A DNA stretch of 63,777 nucleotides, the filler included, from Stramenopiles sp. TOSAG23-6 (Eukaryota): NCBI GenBank assembly GCA_900128565.1. It is 5 parts of 5 records of this genome, joined end to end, with 100 filler letters (N's around TTAATTAATTAA, not from the genome) between each part and the next. Parts side by side here need not be neighbours in the genome. Positions count along the whole stretch, not along the records: positions 38,373 to 51,029 come from LT636195.1; positions 51,130 to 63,777 come from LT636196.1; 3 more parts are not named here. One strand, written 5' to 3'. Under the pieces are notes generated by a model, which was not told the origin of the DNA, did not search any database, and saw only the letters and a program-made list of their open reading frames with translations. Below are positions 43,007 to 54,500 of this stretch, in pieces. Position numbers and translations under genes: made by a program. Within the stretch, counting starts at the first letter, position 1; each line of letters begins with the position of its first letter.

Positions 43007-44551
43007 ATGACAATGGACAAGGATGAAGCGACTGTTGTATCTCAAATGAGCAATATGACAGTAGATCATGATGTAAACCCACCAGCTGTTCCCGAGGTTG
43101 CCACACAAAACGAAGGTGGAGTAAAGAAAAAGAAGAAGCGCAAGCGAAAGAAAAAAAAGAAAACTCAGACAATAGTTGATGAACAAACTCTAGCGGACTC
43201 AGCTACTTCAAACTCTACATCCTCCACGACAAGTACTGTACCCAAAGGAAGTCTGTTAGATAGTACAGCTGCTTCCACAAATAGCCCAAAAGGTACCAAT
43301 TCTTTCGTTAATAACAGTATGAAAAACCTCAAGCGCGAAGACTTATTGAAACTTTTTGGTGTGCGTAGTCGTAAGGCAAAAGACACTTTAGGTGACAACA
43401 AACCACATAAATTTTGGGATACACAGCCTGTACCAAAGCATAGTGCGATAATTGAAAGTGATGGTGCTATTGACCCAGAAAAAAAGCCTGAAGATGTCCG
43501 TGCAGATCCATACCCTCTCCCTAAAGGCTTCGAGTGGTCTGTTATCGATCCAACCTCAGATGCTGAAATTAAAGAAATGTATACTCTTCTCAGTGAAAAT
43601 TATGTTGAAGATGATGACAATATGTTCCGCTTCGACTATTCCATTCCATTTTTAAGATGGGCCCTTCAACCTCCTGGGTATGAGAAAAATTGGCATATTG
43701 CTGTACGCCAGACAAATAATAGGAAGCTACGTGGAGTAATCACAGGCGTTCCCGTCTCAATTCGCGTCAGAGATAAAAATTTGAGAGTGGCTGAGATTAA
43801 CTTTTTGTGTGTACATAAAAAATTAAGATCCAAACGAGTAGCACCAACCCTCATCAAGGAAGTGACACGCAGAATTAACCGCAAAAATATATGGCAAGCA
43901 GTGTATACAGCTGGTGTAGTACTTCCAAAACCCATTGGTCGTTGTCGGTATTACCATCGGTCAGTAAATCCAAAGAAACTGATTGATGTTGGCTTTTCTC
44001 GCCTTGCTCCTCGTATGAATATGGCACGTACTATTCGTCTCTACAGATTACCTTCAGCACCAAAATGTGAGATTCGACCAATGGAACCAAAAGATGTTCC
44101 AAGTGCGTGTGCTTTGTTAAATAATTACTTGAATAAGTTTGATTTGGCTATCGATTTCGATGAAGCTGACTTTAGTCATTGGCTTTTACCTCGGGAGGGT
44201 GTGATTGATTCGTATGTGGTTACTGATAAGGATGGTAAAGTGACAGATATGTGTAGCTTTTATCATCTCCCATCTTCAATCATAGGTCATCCTGCGTACA
44301 AAACATTATATGCTTGTTATTCATATTATAATGTTGCAACAACAATGGATTTACGGGCTTTGATGGAAGATTGTCTTATACTCGCAAAGCAAAAGAAATG
44401 TGATGTTTTCAATGCTCTTGATGTCATGGAAAATTCTACGATCTTTGAACAACTGAAGTTTGGTCCAGGTGATGGAAATCTTCAATATTATTTATATAAT
44501 TGGAGATGTCAAAATATATCCCACGAAAAAGTTGGAATAGTGCTTTTATAA
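43007..44551 (+). CDS. NMT: Glycylpeptide N-myristoyltransferase
   Basis: HKFWDTQPVP, ENYVEDDDNMFRFDYS, EINFLCVHKKLRSKR and KFGPGDGNL motifs. Confidence 0.97.
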   Translation: MTMDKDEATVVSQMSNMTVDHDVNPPAVPEVATQNEGGVKKKKKRKRKKKKKTQTIVDEQTLADSATSNSTSSTTSTVPKGSLLDSTAASTNSPKGTNSFVNNSMKNLKREDLLKLFGVRSRKAKDTLGDNKPHKFWDTQPVPKHSAIIESDGAIDPEKKPEDVRADPYPLPKGFEWSVIDPTSDAEIKEMYTLLSENYVEDDDNMFRFDYSIPFLRWALQPPGYEKNWHIAVRQTNNRKLRGVITGVPVSIRVRDKNLRVAEINFLCVHKKLRSKRVAPTLIKEVTRRINRKNIWQAVYTAGVVLPKPIGRCRYYHRSVNPKKLIDVGFSRLAPRMNMARTIRLYRLPSAPKCEIRPMEPKDVPSACALLNNYLNKFDLAIDFDEADFSHWLLPREGVIDSYVVTDKDGKVTDMCSFYHLPSSIIGHPAYKTLYACYSYYNVATTMDLRALMEDCLILAKQKKCDVFNALDVMENSTIFEQLKFGPGDGNLQYYLYNWRCQNISHEKVGIVLL

Positions 44552-44833
44552 GTAGATTTGCTTTTTTTTTTCGTGTGTGAAACACAATTTTGTGTCATCA
44601 CAAATTTTGATTTTTCCAAGGAAAATACAAAAATAAAAAACCAATTATGGAAACTCAATATATTATATATGAAATCTTAAAAATCTCAATAAATCACACT
44701 AGAAGAACATTTTTAATATACCCATCCATTAGCAGTATGTGCAAAATTGTCCAGTTGACAATAGTATTTGAAGGCGTTAATTTTTTTTCTTGCCTATTTT
44801 CAACCACTTTTTGTTTTCATTTCCCATAAAAAT

Positions 44834-47800
44834 CTATTTATTTTCTAAAGTTGAATTGGTTGATTTCATCGATAACTTTGGAAAATCATTTGCAAGATCA
44901 GGTAAATCTAATAAAGAACAAATATCGGATTTTACAGCATTCTGTTGTTTTAGTGCATATCGAGATTGTTTTGATTTTTTTTTCTTTTTTGTTTTTCGGC
45001 GTCCTAAATTTTCAATCATCGAACGTAGGGCGAGACATCTTTGTTTATTATATTCTAATTTTTCTTTTATATCTTCAAGGGAGATACAAAGTATGTATTG
45101 TGAAAAATTATTTTTTGTAGAAAAAAATTGTTAGATATGAAATTTTCATACTACAATTTTCATAATCAAAAAAATGAATTTCATGATGAAAACGTACGTT
45201 CCCACGTCACCTAACATACAAAATGGTTCAAGAATTGATGAAAATACTTCAGATGTAATATTCATTTTGATTTGCTTTGCAAGTGTAGCATAATATTTCA
45301 CAAATTGCCAAGTTCCTCGACCTTCATTTGCGTCTTCAAATCTCTGCGAATCATTAAACAATTGTAGTATAAAATCACATGCACCAAATCGTATTTGTAT
45401 AAGAGATAAGAATGACAAAACATTTTTTTTCAAATTTTGTTTCTCTGTTTTTCTTATAGCAGAAGTTTTTGTACTCCAAGTACTTGCAGATTCATTGACT
45501 CTCCATTCTAATTGTGAAACAGAATTCTGTGTACAGATTTCATCATAAGCCTGAGATGTTCTATGTAAAGTAGTGAGAGCATGGTGAGTTACAGCAGATA
45601 GATCATTTAAATTATGTTTCAAACTACCAGTATTAGGGAGCATTATTTGAGGTTCGGGTGATACTATTTGAATTTCATCATCTGTTTTTGAATCTGTACT
45701 GGAACTATCATAACTTCTATCAACATCAATACACTCTTGGTATTCAATAGTATTAGAAGTATTGCTTGATAAAACATCATTTGTATTTTTGGCATCTTTT
45801 GCTCCTTCTGTATTACTATTTAATGATGCTCTTAGATGAAACCGTAAGATACTGCTCACAAAATCAGCAAGTCGATTCGCAAAAGGCAAAACTCCCTTTG
45901 TATTTGTCGAGTTGGAAAAGAAATCCGAGAGACCATTTAAAATATTTTTAATGTGTTCCGCAGCGACAACCTGCGTCCTTTCACGCAGCTTTGTCTGTCT
46001 CTGTATTTTTCGTTGTTCTTCTGTCCTTCGTTTCGAGAGACCAGAAACTCGCGCCCATTGGCATATAGTTCTACGAGCAGCCCGTCCATTTGATGTACCT
46101 TTGACATTGCCATCTACACAATGTAATCTATCTAAAACTTTTGTCAGGTGTTCAAGAACAACTCTTATAGTAAACAATGAAACTCCCCTTGACGAATAAT
46201 TCATAATCATGTTTGATTCTTTGGGTAATTGTTGTTCAATATCATGAGCTATACTATGTATACTATTTATTTTTGAGATCATCTTTTCCATTCTATCTTC
46301 AGATCCTGGAATTCTAGTTGTTGGCATATCAATTTCGCTGAGATCAAAAGAACAAAATCTTAACCTATCTCTATTTGTACCTCCAACAGGACTAATTCCA
46401 GAAGCTGCTTCGGCTTCAATCGCATTAAGTAGTGTCAAGCCTTCAGCATCAACTAAACCATCAAGTATTGTGAAAAAATATTTCAAGAATTTTAGATTTG
46501 TAAGGTACGAAATTTTCAATGAAAAAAAAATAAATTGAAATTTCTGATGAAAATGTACAAGAATCGGAATTATTCTTTCCCATGCAGAAATCGTTATTAA
46601 AGACCACCCATATCTTGTACTACAATCTGAACTATCACTTGAGAAACCATCCCTCGACGAGATTATGCTTTCCTTGATTCCCTTGCGCCATTCGCCACCA
46701 GCTGTCACGAAATCTAACACTTCTGCTGATATGGGCATAGGACAACTATCTGCAGCAAACATTTCATCATCTGACCTTGCCTCAGTTTTGACACGTTTTC
46801 TCCATCGACGACAGAATGAAGGTGGTGGTGGAGGATCCATCATTGTATTACTACTTTGGTTTTTCATACTATCATTTTCATTACAGTCAACTCCTTCATA
46901 TGAATAAACACCAATATTTTCTATGGAATCATTTGTTGTGTTTAAGCTATCATCTGCATCTATATTTGTAGATAATTCGTTTGACTGATTATTTTCTTTA
47001 CAATCCGTCGTCGAAATATCAATACAGTCAAATAAAGGATCAGACATTTCAAAGTGTGGTGTTACGCTTTTTCGTCTATCCACGGGGGACATTATTTCTT
47101 TAATTTGTACAAACTTTTCATCTATTTCTTTAGTTTGTACAAACTTTTCATAAGTACTATCAATATCTGAATGAGTACCATCGTCTGTAAAATCATGTTC
47201 TTTTTCATTGGTACTATTAATATCTAAATGTGTATCATCATCCGTAAAATCATGTTTTATTACTTCAACGGACCCAGACATTCTACATATCGACGATGAT
47301 TTTACAAATGTAGGACTTGATTCAATTTGTGATTGTATGCTTGTCTCTTGATCAAGTTGTAAAGAAACAGAGTTATTGCATTCTGCATCTGTATCTGAAG
47401 ATTTCGAACCTTTTATTTGTATAATCATATCATTCGTTTTTGTTTGTTTAATCATATCATTCGTTTTTGTTTTGCACCTTTCTTTGTTATCAATTCGATT
47501 CGAAGTCAATTCCTCATTTGTTTTTAATTTTTTTCGAAGGTTCTTTAATTTAGATATTATTTTCTTTTGAGCTGAATCACTCAAACCACACGCTTCATTG
47601 CCACCAAGTAATATACTAGCAAGTGCCGTCTCATAATGATACACTGCATCCTCTATATTTCCTCCCTTTTCGCTTTTTTTACCACATAAAATATGTTTTC
47701 GTGCACTACTTGCATGTCGAACTGGTGTTGGCATATTTGTTAGTAAAGACCTAGGTTGTGAACAATGTTTTGGACAATTTATCGCCAGATTTGATAGGCT

Positions 47801-48622
47801 TGGTGTTTGTGTAGTATGTTCACATTTAGTAGAAGACGCGGAAACCGGAGATACTTTTGGTTTCGAGTGATCATAACTTTGATCTTTATCAATAATAGAA
47901 GAATTTGTTTTTAGAGGTGTTGAAGTCTTACTACTCTGTAGTGGCGTGCTTTTAGCTTTATTACGAGCGTTGTTATTCGTTTTACTATTGGATTTATTAC
48001 TATTTTTACCAGTAACATTTCTTACACTACGCTGTTTTTTGAATGATACTTTAGTATCTGCCGAATATCCAATTGACACTGGTGTAGAAAACTGTAATAT
48101 ATTTCTTGGTTTTGATTTAGCTATGATTGGTTTGGGTTTATTCTTTACCGCTTTGATTGGCAAGCTTCCTAATGATTGTTTTTGAATGCATTTTATAGCT
48201 TTGATATTTTTTGGAATATCTTTTGGTTGTACATTGCACTCATTAGATTTTTCGGAAAGAATTTTGCTTGGTTTCTTTTGAACATCTGTTTTGAGACGTA
48301 GAGGTTTAGATCTCATTTGCTGTAGTAAGGCGAAACCAGCACCAGTACTTAAACTTGCCCGCCGACGTTTCTTTCTAGTCTTTGCTGATTTTACTTTCTT
48401 CTTGGTCTTTTGTTTTGTATTCGTAGTCGCATTTTTTGCGTTAAGCCATGATTTTTGAGTGAGTAAACTTGTCAGGTTTTCACTACTGAATGAGCTGTGA
48501 GAAGTCTTGCACTTCTTTGTTTCCTCCTCCTGAGAAGATTTTAAGTTACTGTGAGCCATCTCTGACATTAAGCGTTTTCCAGACAATTGCTTCCGACCGC
48601 TAGCCACAGAATGCAATTTCAT
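44834..48622 (-). CDS. Large protein of unknown function, 3 exons
   Basis: Long ORF containing one in-frame family intron, joined to ORF 44834..45019 by another. Confidence 0.7.
45093..45197 (-). mobile_element. Family intron GT-AT (105 nt)
   Basis: AC|GTACG...TCTAAC...CACAATACAT|A; frame restored. Confidence 0.85.
46463..46558 (-). mobile_element. Family intron GT-TT (96 nt, in frame, no stop)
   Basis: CTT|GTACA...CAATACTT|GAT; TT duplicated. Confidence 0.8.
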
Positions 48623-48865
48623 ACTACGAGATGTAAAGTATACTACGTTGAACACCAATAAATGATAAATATGGAATATGAGAAGAAAAAAAGAGAGAGA
48701 GAGGATATAATATATATATTGATGTTTCCCGAAAAATCGAAAAATCCAATTTGAAAAAATTCTACGGCGATGTCGGAGGTTTTTCATTCTCTTTTCTATC
48801 CAGTTTAGGTTTCTGTATTTCAAGAAAAAAAATCCTTCAAAGCCTTCAAAGTGGTTGCCAAAAAA

Positions 48866-49546
48866 ATGTTATTCCATCAATATGTTTTATACTTTGTCGA
48901 TAGAACGGCAAATGCTTTCAGAATGACGTATTCCTTGTACTTTATCGTTCTTTGTGTACGACTTTCATTCCAAATTTTAGCCCTCAGTAAAGCCCCTTTG
49001 ACGAAATGTGAGCAATTGTACCACTTTGAGCTATTTGATGCTATTTTTCTATGTATCCATATAATTTCTAGTACGAGTGGAATATTACTGTGCATGTCTT
49101 CAAAGATTCGTAATGATGCGTCTCAAATTGACATATCACTAAAATCTCTCCTAGGCTGGAGTCTTTGCTTTATTTACATTGGTGTTTTTATGCTCATTCT
49201 TTTAACATTTTGGAATTTTTATGGTACCCTCGTATATTTTTTACACAAATACAAATTCAACGAAAAAGGAAAGAAACACCAAGTATGTACCAATCTTCGA
49301 TATATGGCAAGTATTTTTAATTTATCATGGACTATTACATTTCTTATTATTGGAATGTTAATTATTTCATTTTTCTGTGTAATCAAAATCCATTCAAAGT
49401 CAAAACCAATAAAAAAAAAAGAAACGGGTTCATATGTAGGACTTCGATTTCAAGAGAACAATGTAGCAGAAGAAATAGAATATAGTGAACGCGAGCCACT
49501 TATTCTAAAGCACGAAACAATGATGAATTTTGACGATAAAGTTTAA
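48866..49546 (+). CDS. Multi-pass membrane protein of unknown function
   Basis: About four hydrophobic segments and a C-terminal EREPLI dileucine-like motif. Confidence 0.65.
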   Translation: MLFHQYVLYFVDRTANAFRMTYSLYFIVLCVRLSFQILALSKAPLTKCEQLYHFELFDAIFLCIHIISSTSGILLCMSSKIRNDASQIDISLKSLLGWSLCFIYIGVFMLILLTFWNFYGTLVYFLHKYKFNEKGKKHQVCTNLRYMASIFNLSWTITFLIIGMLIISFFCVIKIHSKSKPIKKKETGSYVGLRFQENNVAEEIEYSEREPLILKHETMMNFDDKV

Positions 49547-49854
49547 TTGAGTGATGTTGTAACAGTAAAAGAGTGTAAGTGCTTGACAAATTTGAAATTG
49601 AATCTGTACCAAATTTCGTACCTAACGAATTTGTTGAGAGCTTATTCCCTATAATAATATACTATTGAAGTAATACAAAATTTCTTTCTTTATAAAATTA
49701 ATATAATATTTATTACTCTTACTAACTCTAAGAGTGTATAGGAGGATTCAAGATTCTGTATAAATGACGAATAAACTAAAGTCAAGTCGATACAAAAAAA
49801 CAAAAAAATCCTACAATTAGCCCTAACCCTAGTTGTAATCGGATTGTACAATCA

Positions 49855-50769
49855 TTACAGAGGAATTGTTCGGGACACTTTAAAAAGTTGTTCAAAAAGT
49901 CCGTCTATAATACCAACTACAGTAAACGTGCCACCAATGATTGCACACATGATAGTTAGAAAATGTCCAAAAGAATGATTTTTTTCAATGACACGTAGCA
50001 TTACAGAAGATACATCCAATACAAAGAACAAACCTGCTACTTGGTTACCAGATGTTTCCCCTTCAGGAAATGTTTTAAAGTGCTCTGTCACAGAATATTG
50101 ATTGAGATGTATCACGTCAGCTGAAGTATTTTCATATTCTGTAGAAACAATTTTAATGAAATATTGGTGTTTTCCAGCTAATTTCTCTTTCTGCATTCGA
50201 GTTACTCCGTGCAGTGGTGGTGTAGACATTTTAATTTGTGATTTTTCAGGAACTCTACCAAAATGAAAAACATTAATTTTGTGGGAAAGGTTAAAATCTC
50301 TCAAGAGTAACACTTCCATGTGTTCAAAATCTTTTGGAGGGCCAAAGTATAGCTGTCCAGCAACTTTATCAACTTCGACAAAACCACTAATATTACAACC
50401 TATTTGAGCAAAATCACTGTTACGCTTTGATAAAGTATTACCACGTGGTAAGTCTTTCTTTATAATATTATCATCTTGTAATTCAATATAGTGTTTGTTA
50501 GAAGCATCCATTGCACTCAATGATAATAGGGAACATGGCAAATACTGGAAATCAATATCTAGGTGTATTGAAAGAATTTTGTTCAAAGATGAATCAACGT
50601 CGAGATGATTTGTTTTTTGTGGCTGAAGAAAATTTGACAATTCAGTAAATAAGAACACTGATATAAGCACAAATGTCAAAATAGATAAACATGCTCCTAG
50701 ATGCGTTCGCTGAACGAAGTCTTTGTGAAACTTTGGAAATGCATCGAATTTATTGAGAGTTTTCATCAT
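49855..50769 (-). CDS. ER-Golgi intermediate compartment protein (ERGIC3/Erv46 family)
   Basis: FDAFPK, GCNISGFVEVDKVAG, QYFIKIV, NQYSVTEH and CAIIGGTFTV motifs. Confidence 0.9.
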   Translation of the reverse strand: MMKTLNKFDAFPKFHKDFVQRTHLGACLSILTFVLISVFLFTELSNFLQPQKTNHLDVDSSLNKILSIHLDIDFQYLPCSLLSLSAMDASNKHYIELQDDNIIKKDLPRGNTLSKRNSDFAQIGCNISGFVEVDKVAGQLYFGPPKDFEHMEVLLLRDFNLSHKINVFHFGRVPEKSQIKMSTPPLHGVTRMQKEKLAGKHQYFIKIVSTEYENTSADVIHLNQYSVTEHFKTFPEGETSGNQVAGLFFVLDVSSVMLRVIEKNHSFGHFLTIMCAIIGGTFTVVGIIDGLFEQLFKVSRTIPL

Positions 50770-51029
50770 TGTGAAGTGAATTCAATTTTGGAATCCATTG
50801 GGCGAGTCAACTTCAAGACATCAACGATGTTCACATGACCTAGCCGTGACACGTGTCAAGAATGACAGATTTATATAGGATTTATAGTTTACTACATATT
50901 TTGATCAAAAAAAGAGTTCGTGTAATAGCGCCTTTGGGACTGTGTGAATTATACTCGAACTGTCACCAAGAGGTTGTTCTGAACTGGGAGATTCGCAATC
51001 ATTCGAACAATTCTTTCGCCTTTTACTAA

Positions 51030-51129
51030 NNNNNNNNNNNNNNNNNNNNNNNNNNNNNNNNNNNNNNNNNNNNTTAATTAATTAANNNNNNNNNNNNNNN
51101 NNNNNNNNNNNNNNNNNNNNNNNNNNNNN
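51030..51129. other. Artificial contig linker
   Basis: Same 100-bp structure. Confidence 0.97.
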
Positions 51130-51130
51130 A

Positions 51131-51373
51131 TTATTTCTTCACCCTCTTCATGCCCCACAAAAACTTGCCAAGACTCTTAAACATATGTTTCTTTTTTTTT
51201 CTTTTTGGCTGTTCTGTTTTCGTTTCTAAGGCAGATCTTGTCTGAATTGCTACTTTTGTGCTCGTACTTGGCTTTGTATTTGTCGTGCTCAAATGTTCAA
51301 ATACTTCGTCACCAGAGCCACTCAACTCATCATCTTCTGGCATCGACCATTCATAAAGATATTCTGAAGCCAT
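51131..51373 (-). CDS. Small hypothetical protein
   Basis: 80-aa ATG ORF divergent from the next gene. Confidence 0.45.
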   Translation of the reverse strand: MASEYLYEWSMPEDDELSGSGDEVFEHLSTTNTKPSTSTKVAIQTRSALETKTEQPKRKKKKHMFKSLGKFLWGMKRVKK

Positions 51374-51571
51374 AATTTCGGATTATTAAGTTATCTAATA
51401 CCACAAGAACTCTTCCTTGTTTATTACGGGAAAGAATGAAATAACATGATCGAAGAAAACCGAAAAACCTCCGAAAGGCACAAAAAATGAAACCGTTCTG
51501 TTCTTCAGTCAGTCTTACAGTTAGGTAGTACTAGTCATTGTTATTCTGTCAAAAGATCTTGAGACCAGGAG

Positions 51572-54500
51572 ATGGTTTGGGAAGAGTGTAAGGCCGATGA
51601 TGGAGGCGTATTTTACTTCAACACAGAAACGAATGAATCGTCATGGGATTGGCCGAAAGGTGTTCTCCGGGGTGATATTATATCAAACCATGAAGGTGCG
51701 GTTCGCGAAGCTCCAGCAAAAAGGATGTTACGAAATGCTCTCCATTTAGTTAAAGCTCGAACAGCACTAGATTTTTCTCTGGAAGCCGATGGAAAGAGGA
51801 GAGCCTTAGTTGATTCACTTAAGTTGCAGTATGGCATATCTAATAAAGATGAATATGAAAACTTAACGCAAGAGGAAGCAGAAGCAAAATCCAAGTATAC
51901 GTCTCTGGCATTATTAGAAAAGGCTAATGCAGATATAGAAATAGCTAAAACAAACCACGCTGTCATTGAATCGCGTTTGTCCGAGGCGACAGTGATGATA
52001 CAAACACTAGAACAACAAAAAACACAACTTGAAGTTGAAGAAAATCAGAAAAAAGTAAAAAAAGAGTTGAAGATGAAAATCAAAGAAATATCAAAGCTGC
52101 AGCGAAAAATTGATACGATACAAAAAGAGTTGTTAACATCTTCAAAGAATATACAAGTATTGAATGAATCTCTTTGTAAATTGAATATGTCGCATCGTAA
52201 ATTTGACAAAGCTGCTGCAGAAGCTGAAGCTATTCATACTATCTATCTAGAACTGTCAGGTTACGCGGCACGACAGCAAGCCTCTCAACTTCTAATACAA
52301 AGTATTGCAAAAGAAGAAAAAGAGAATGCTAAATTAGGAATATACGCGTCCAGAATGAATAATGCCCAACTCAAGTGTGTCGAAATTGAGAATACTATTC
52401 AAAATGTTTCGAAAAAGGAACAAGCTGCCAAAAGTAAAGTGGCAAGTATTGAGGCTCTACTAGACACAGCCAATGAAGCTGCCAATGTCATTCTTCAAAA
52501 AAAAAAAAGTATAGAAAGTAAAATTTTGGCTACACAAAAAAGTATTGAAACGGCAAGTTCTTTAATTCAACGAGGACAGACGTTTAAATCAAACTATAAA
52601 GCTCAAACAGATGGAGCAAAGCTATTAAAAACTCTCAACAAAGAATTAGAAAAGAAGGTTTTGCCAGCATTGAAAAAGGCAAATATCAAAATCGATAAAA
52701 TATCAGTTAGAGTTGCATCTTCAAAACGAATACAACAGGAGTACATTAATGAACTCGAGTCTCTTGAGCGGAATCTCAAAGAAGCTAATATTAATAAAAG
52801 GAGAGCCATAGCTTGGTTTGAATCTGAGGAAAGAGATGTTGCTAAGAAAGCTATTGCAGAAGCAGCGATAATTGCGGCGGCTGCTGAAAAAGCCGCCGGC
52901 ACTCATGATTTTTCGTATTTACCACCAGAATGGGAACGATGTAGTGATGGTAATGGAGGGTTCTTTTATTATAATACAAGAACATCTCTGTCCCAATGGA
53001 ATATGCCTGAGGATGTTGTGATTGTAGATGAAGGGAAAACAGATGCAATACAACGACAGTATAGATTAGAAATACTTTTTCGATCGTATGATAAAGACAA
53101 TAGTGGTATTATATCCCCCGATGAGTTTGAGTTAGCTGTAAAAGATATGAAAATAGTTATAGACAACAAATTGGTTGAATTGAATGAAACACAGACTGTA
53201 GAATTATTATTGTCTGCCGATAAAAATGCAGATGGTAAAGTTGATATACTGGAAGCCACACAATTAACACACAAAGCAGTGGAAGATTGGATCAAAACAA
53301 ATGCCGACATAAAAACTGCAAGTAGAAAAAAAAGGTTGAAAACCATGATGCTCAAAATTTCAACGATGGGTAACATAAAGCGAAATGAAAATCCAATCTG
53401 GGAAAGGTGTATAGTTGAAGATGGATCATGTTTTTATTATAATACAAGAACAATGGAATCTCAGTGGGGAAAACCTGAAGGTGTGGAAGAATGTATGATT
53501 CTAGAGGAAGGAAAAGTTGATGCACTAAAAAAACAGAAAAAGCTTGAGTCTTTATTCTGTTCTTATGATGAAGACGGTAGTGGCACAATATCGCCAAAGG
53601 AATTTAAACAAGCACTAAAAGATATGCAAAACTTAGCCATCGGCTCTATACCAATTAAATTATCATATCACCAGGTTGTTTCACTCTTGGAGTCTGCAGA
53701 TAAAAATAAAGACGGTAAAGTTGATATATTAGAAGCCACGCAACTGACATACAGAGCAGTAGAAGATTGGATTAAAGATAATCAAACTGTTTATGATACT
53801 GTGGTACAAAGATTGCCACCAAAACGATTTCGTCAAGCGATGCTAAAAATGCAATTTGCTAGGGTAAAAGATGCCTCTATGTCAGTTGAAAATTTATTTA
53901 TTGATGGAGATAAAATAGCAAATACAAATGATGGGAATATAAGCTCTGAAGAAATATTAAATGGTACTACCTACGAATGGGAAGAACACGTTGACAATGA
54001 TGGCTATACATATTTTTGGTGTATTGCTACTGGCGAATGNCAATGGGAAAAACCCGATGTTGCCCCAGAGTTACTTAAAAAAATTGACCACAAAGCAATT
54101 TCANCAGAAAGACAAATGCACTTAGAAGCCCTATTTCGTACATACGATGTTGATGGTAGTGGTTTCATATCATCGGATGAATTCAGATGTGTGACAAATG
54201 ACATGAAAAAACAAAATTCGTTTAAATTAAATGGAGATACACTTACACTTAGTGATACACAGCTTGCTTCACTGCTGGCATCGGCTGATTTAAATGAAGA
54301 TGGAAAAGTAAGTATTGTAGAAGCTACACAAATAACACATAGATTTGTCGAAGAGTGGTTCAATAAACAAAGACATCCACCTAAAGCAATGCGGTCAGCA
54401 TTAAAGAAACTAAAAATGTTTGGACTTTCAAGTACAATAAGTAAAACAAACAATGCACCCGAATGGGAAGAACAAATTAGAGAGCATACATTTACACATG

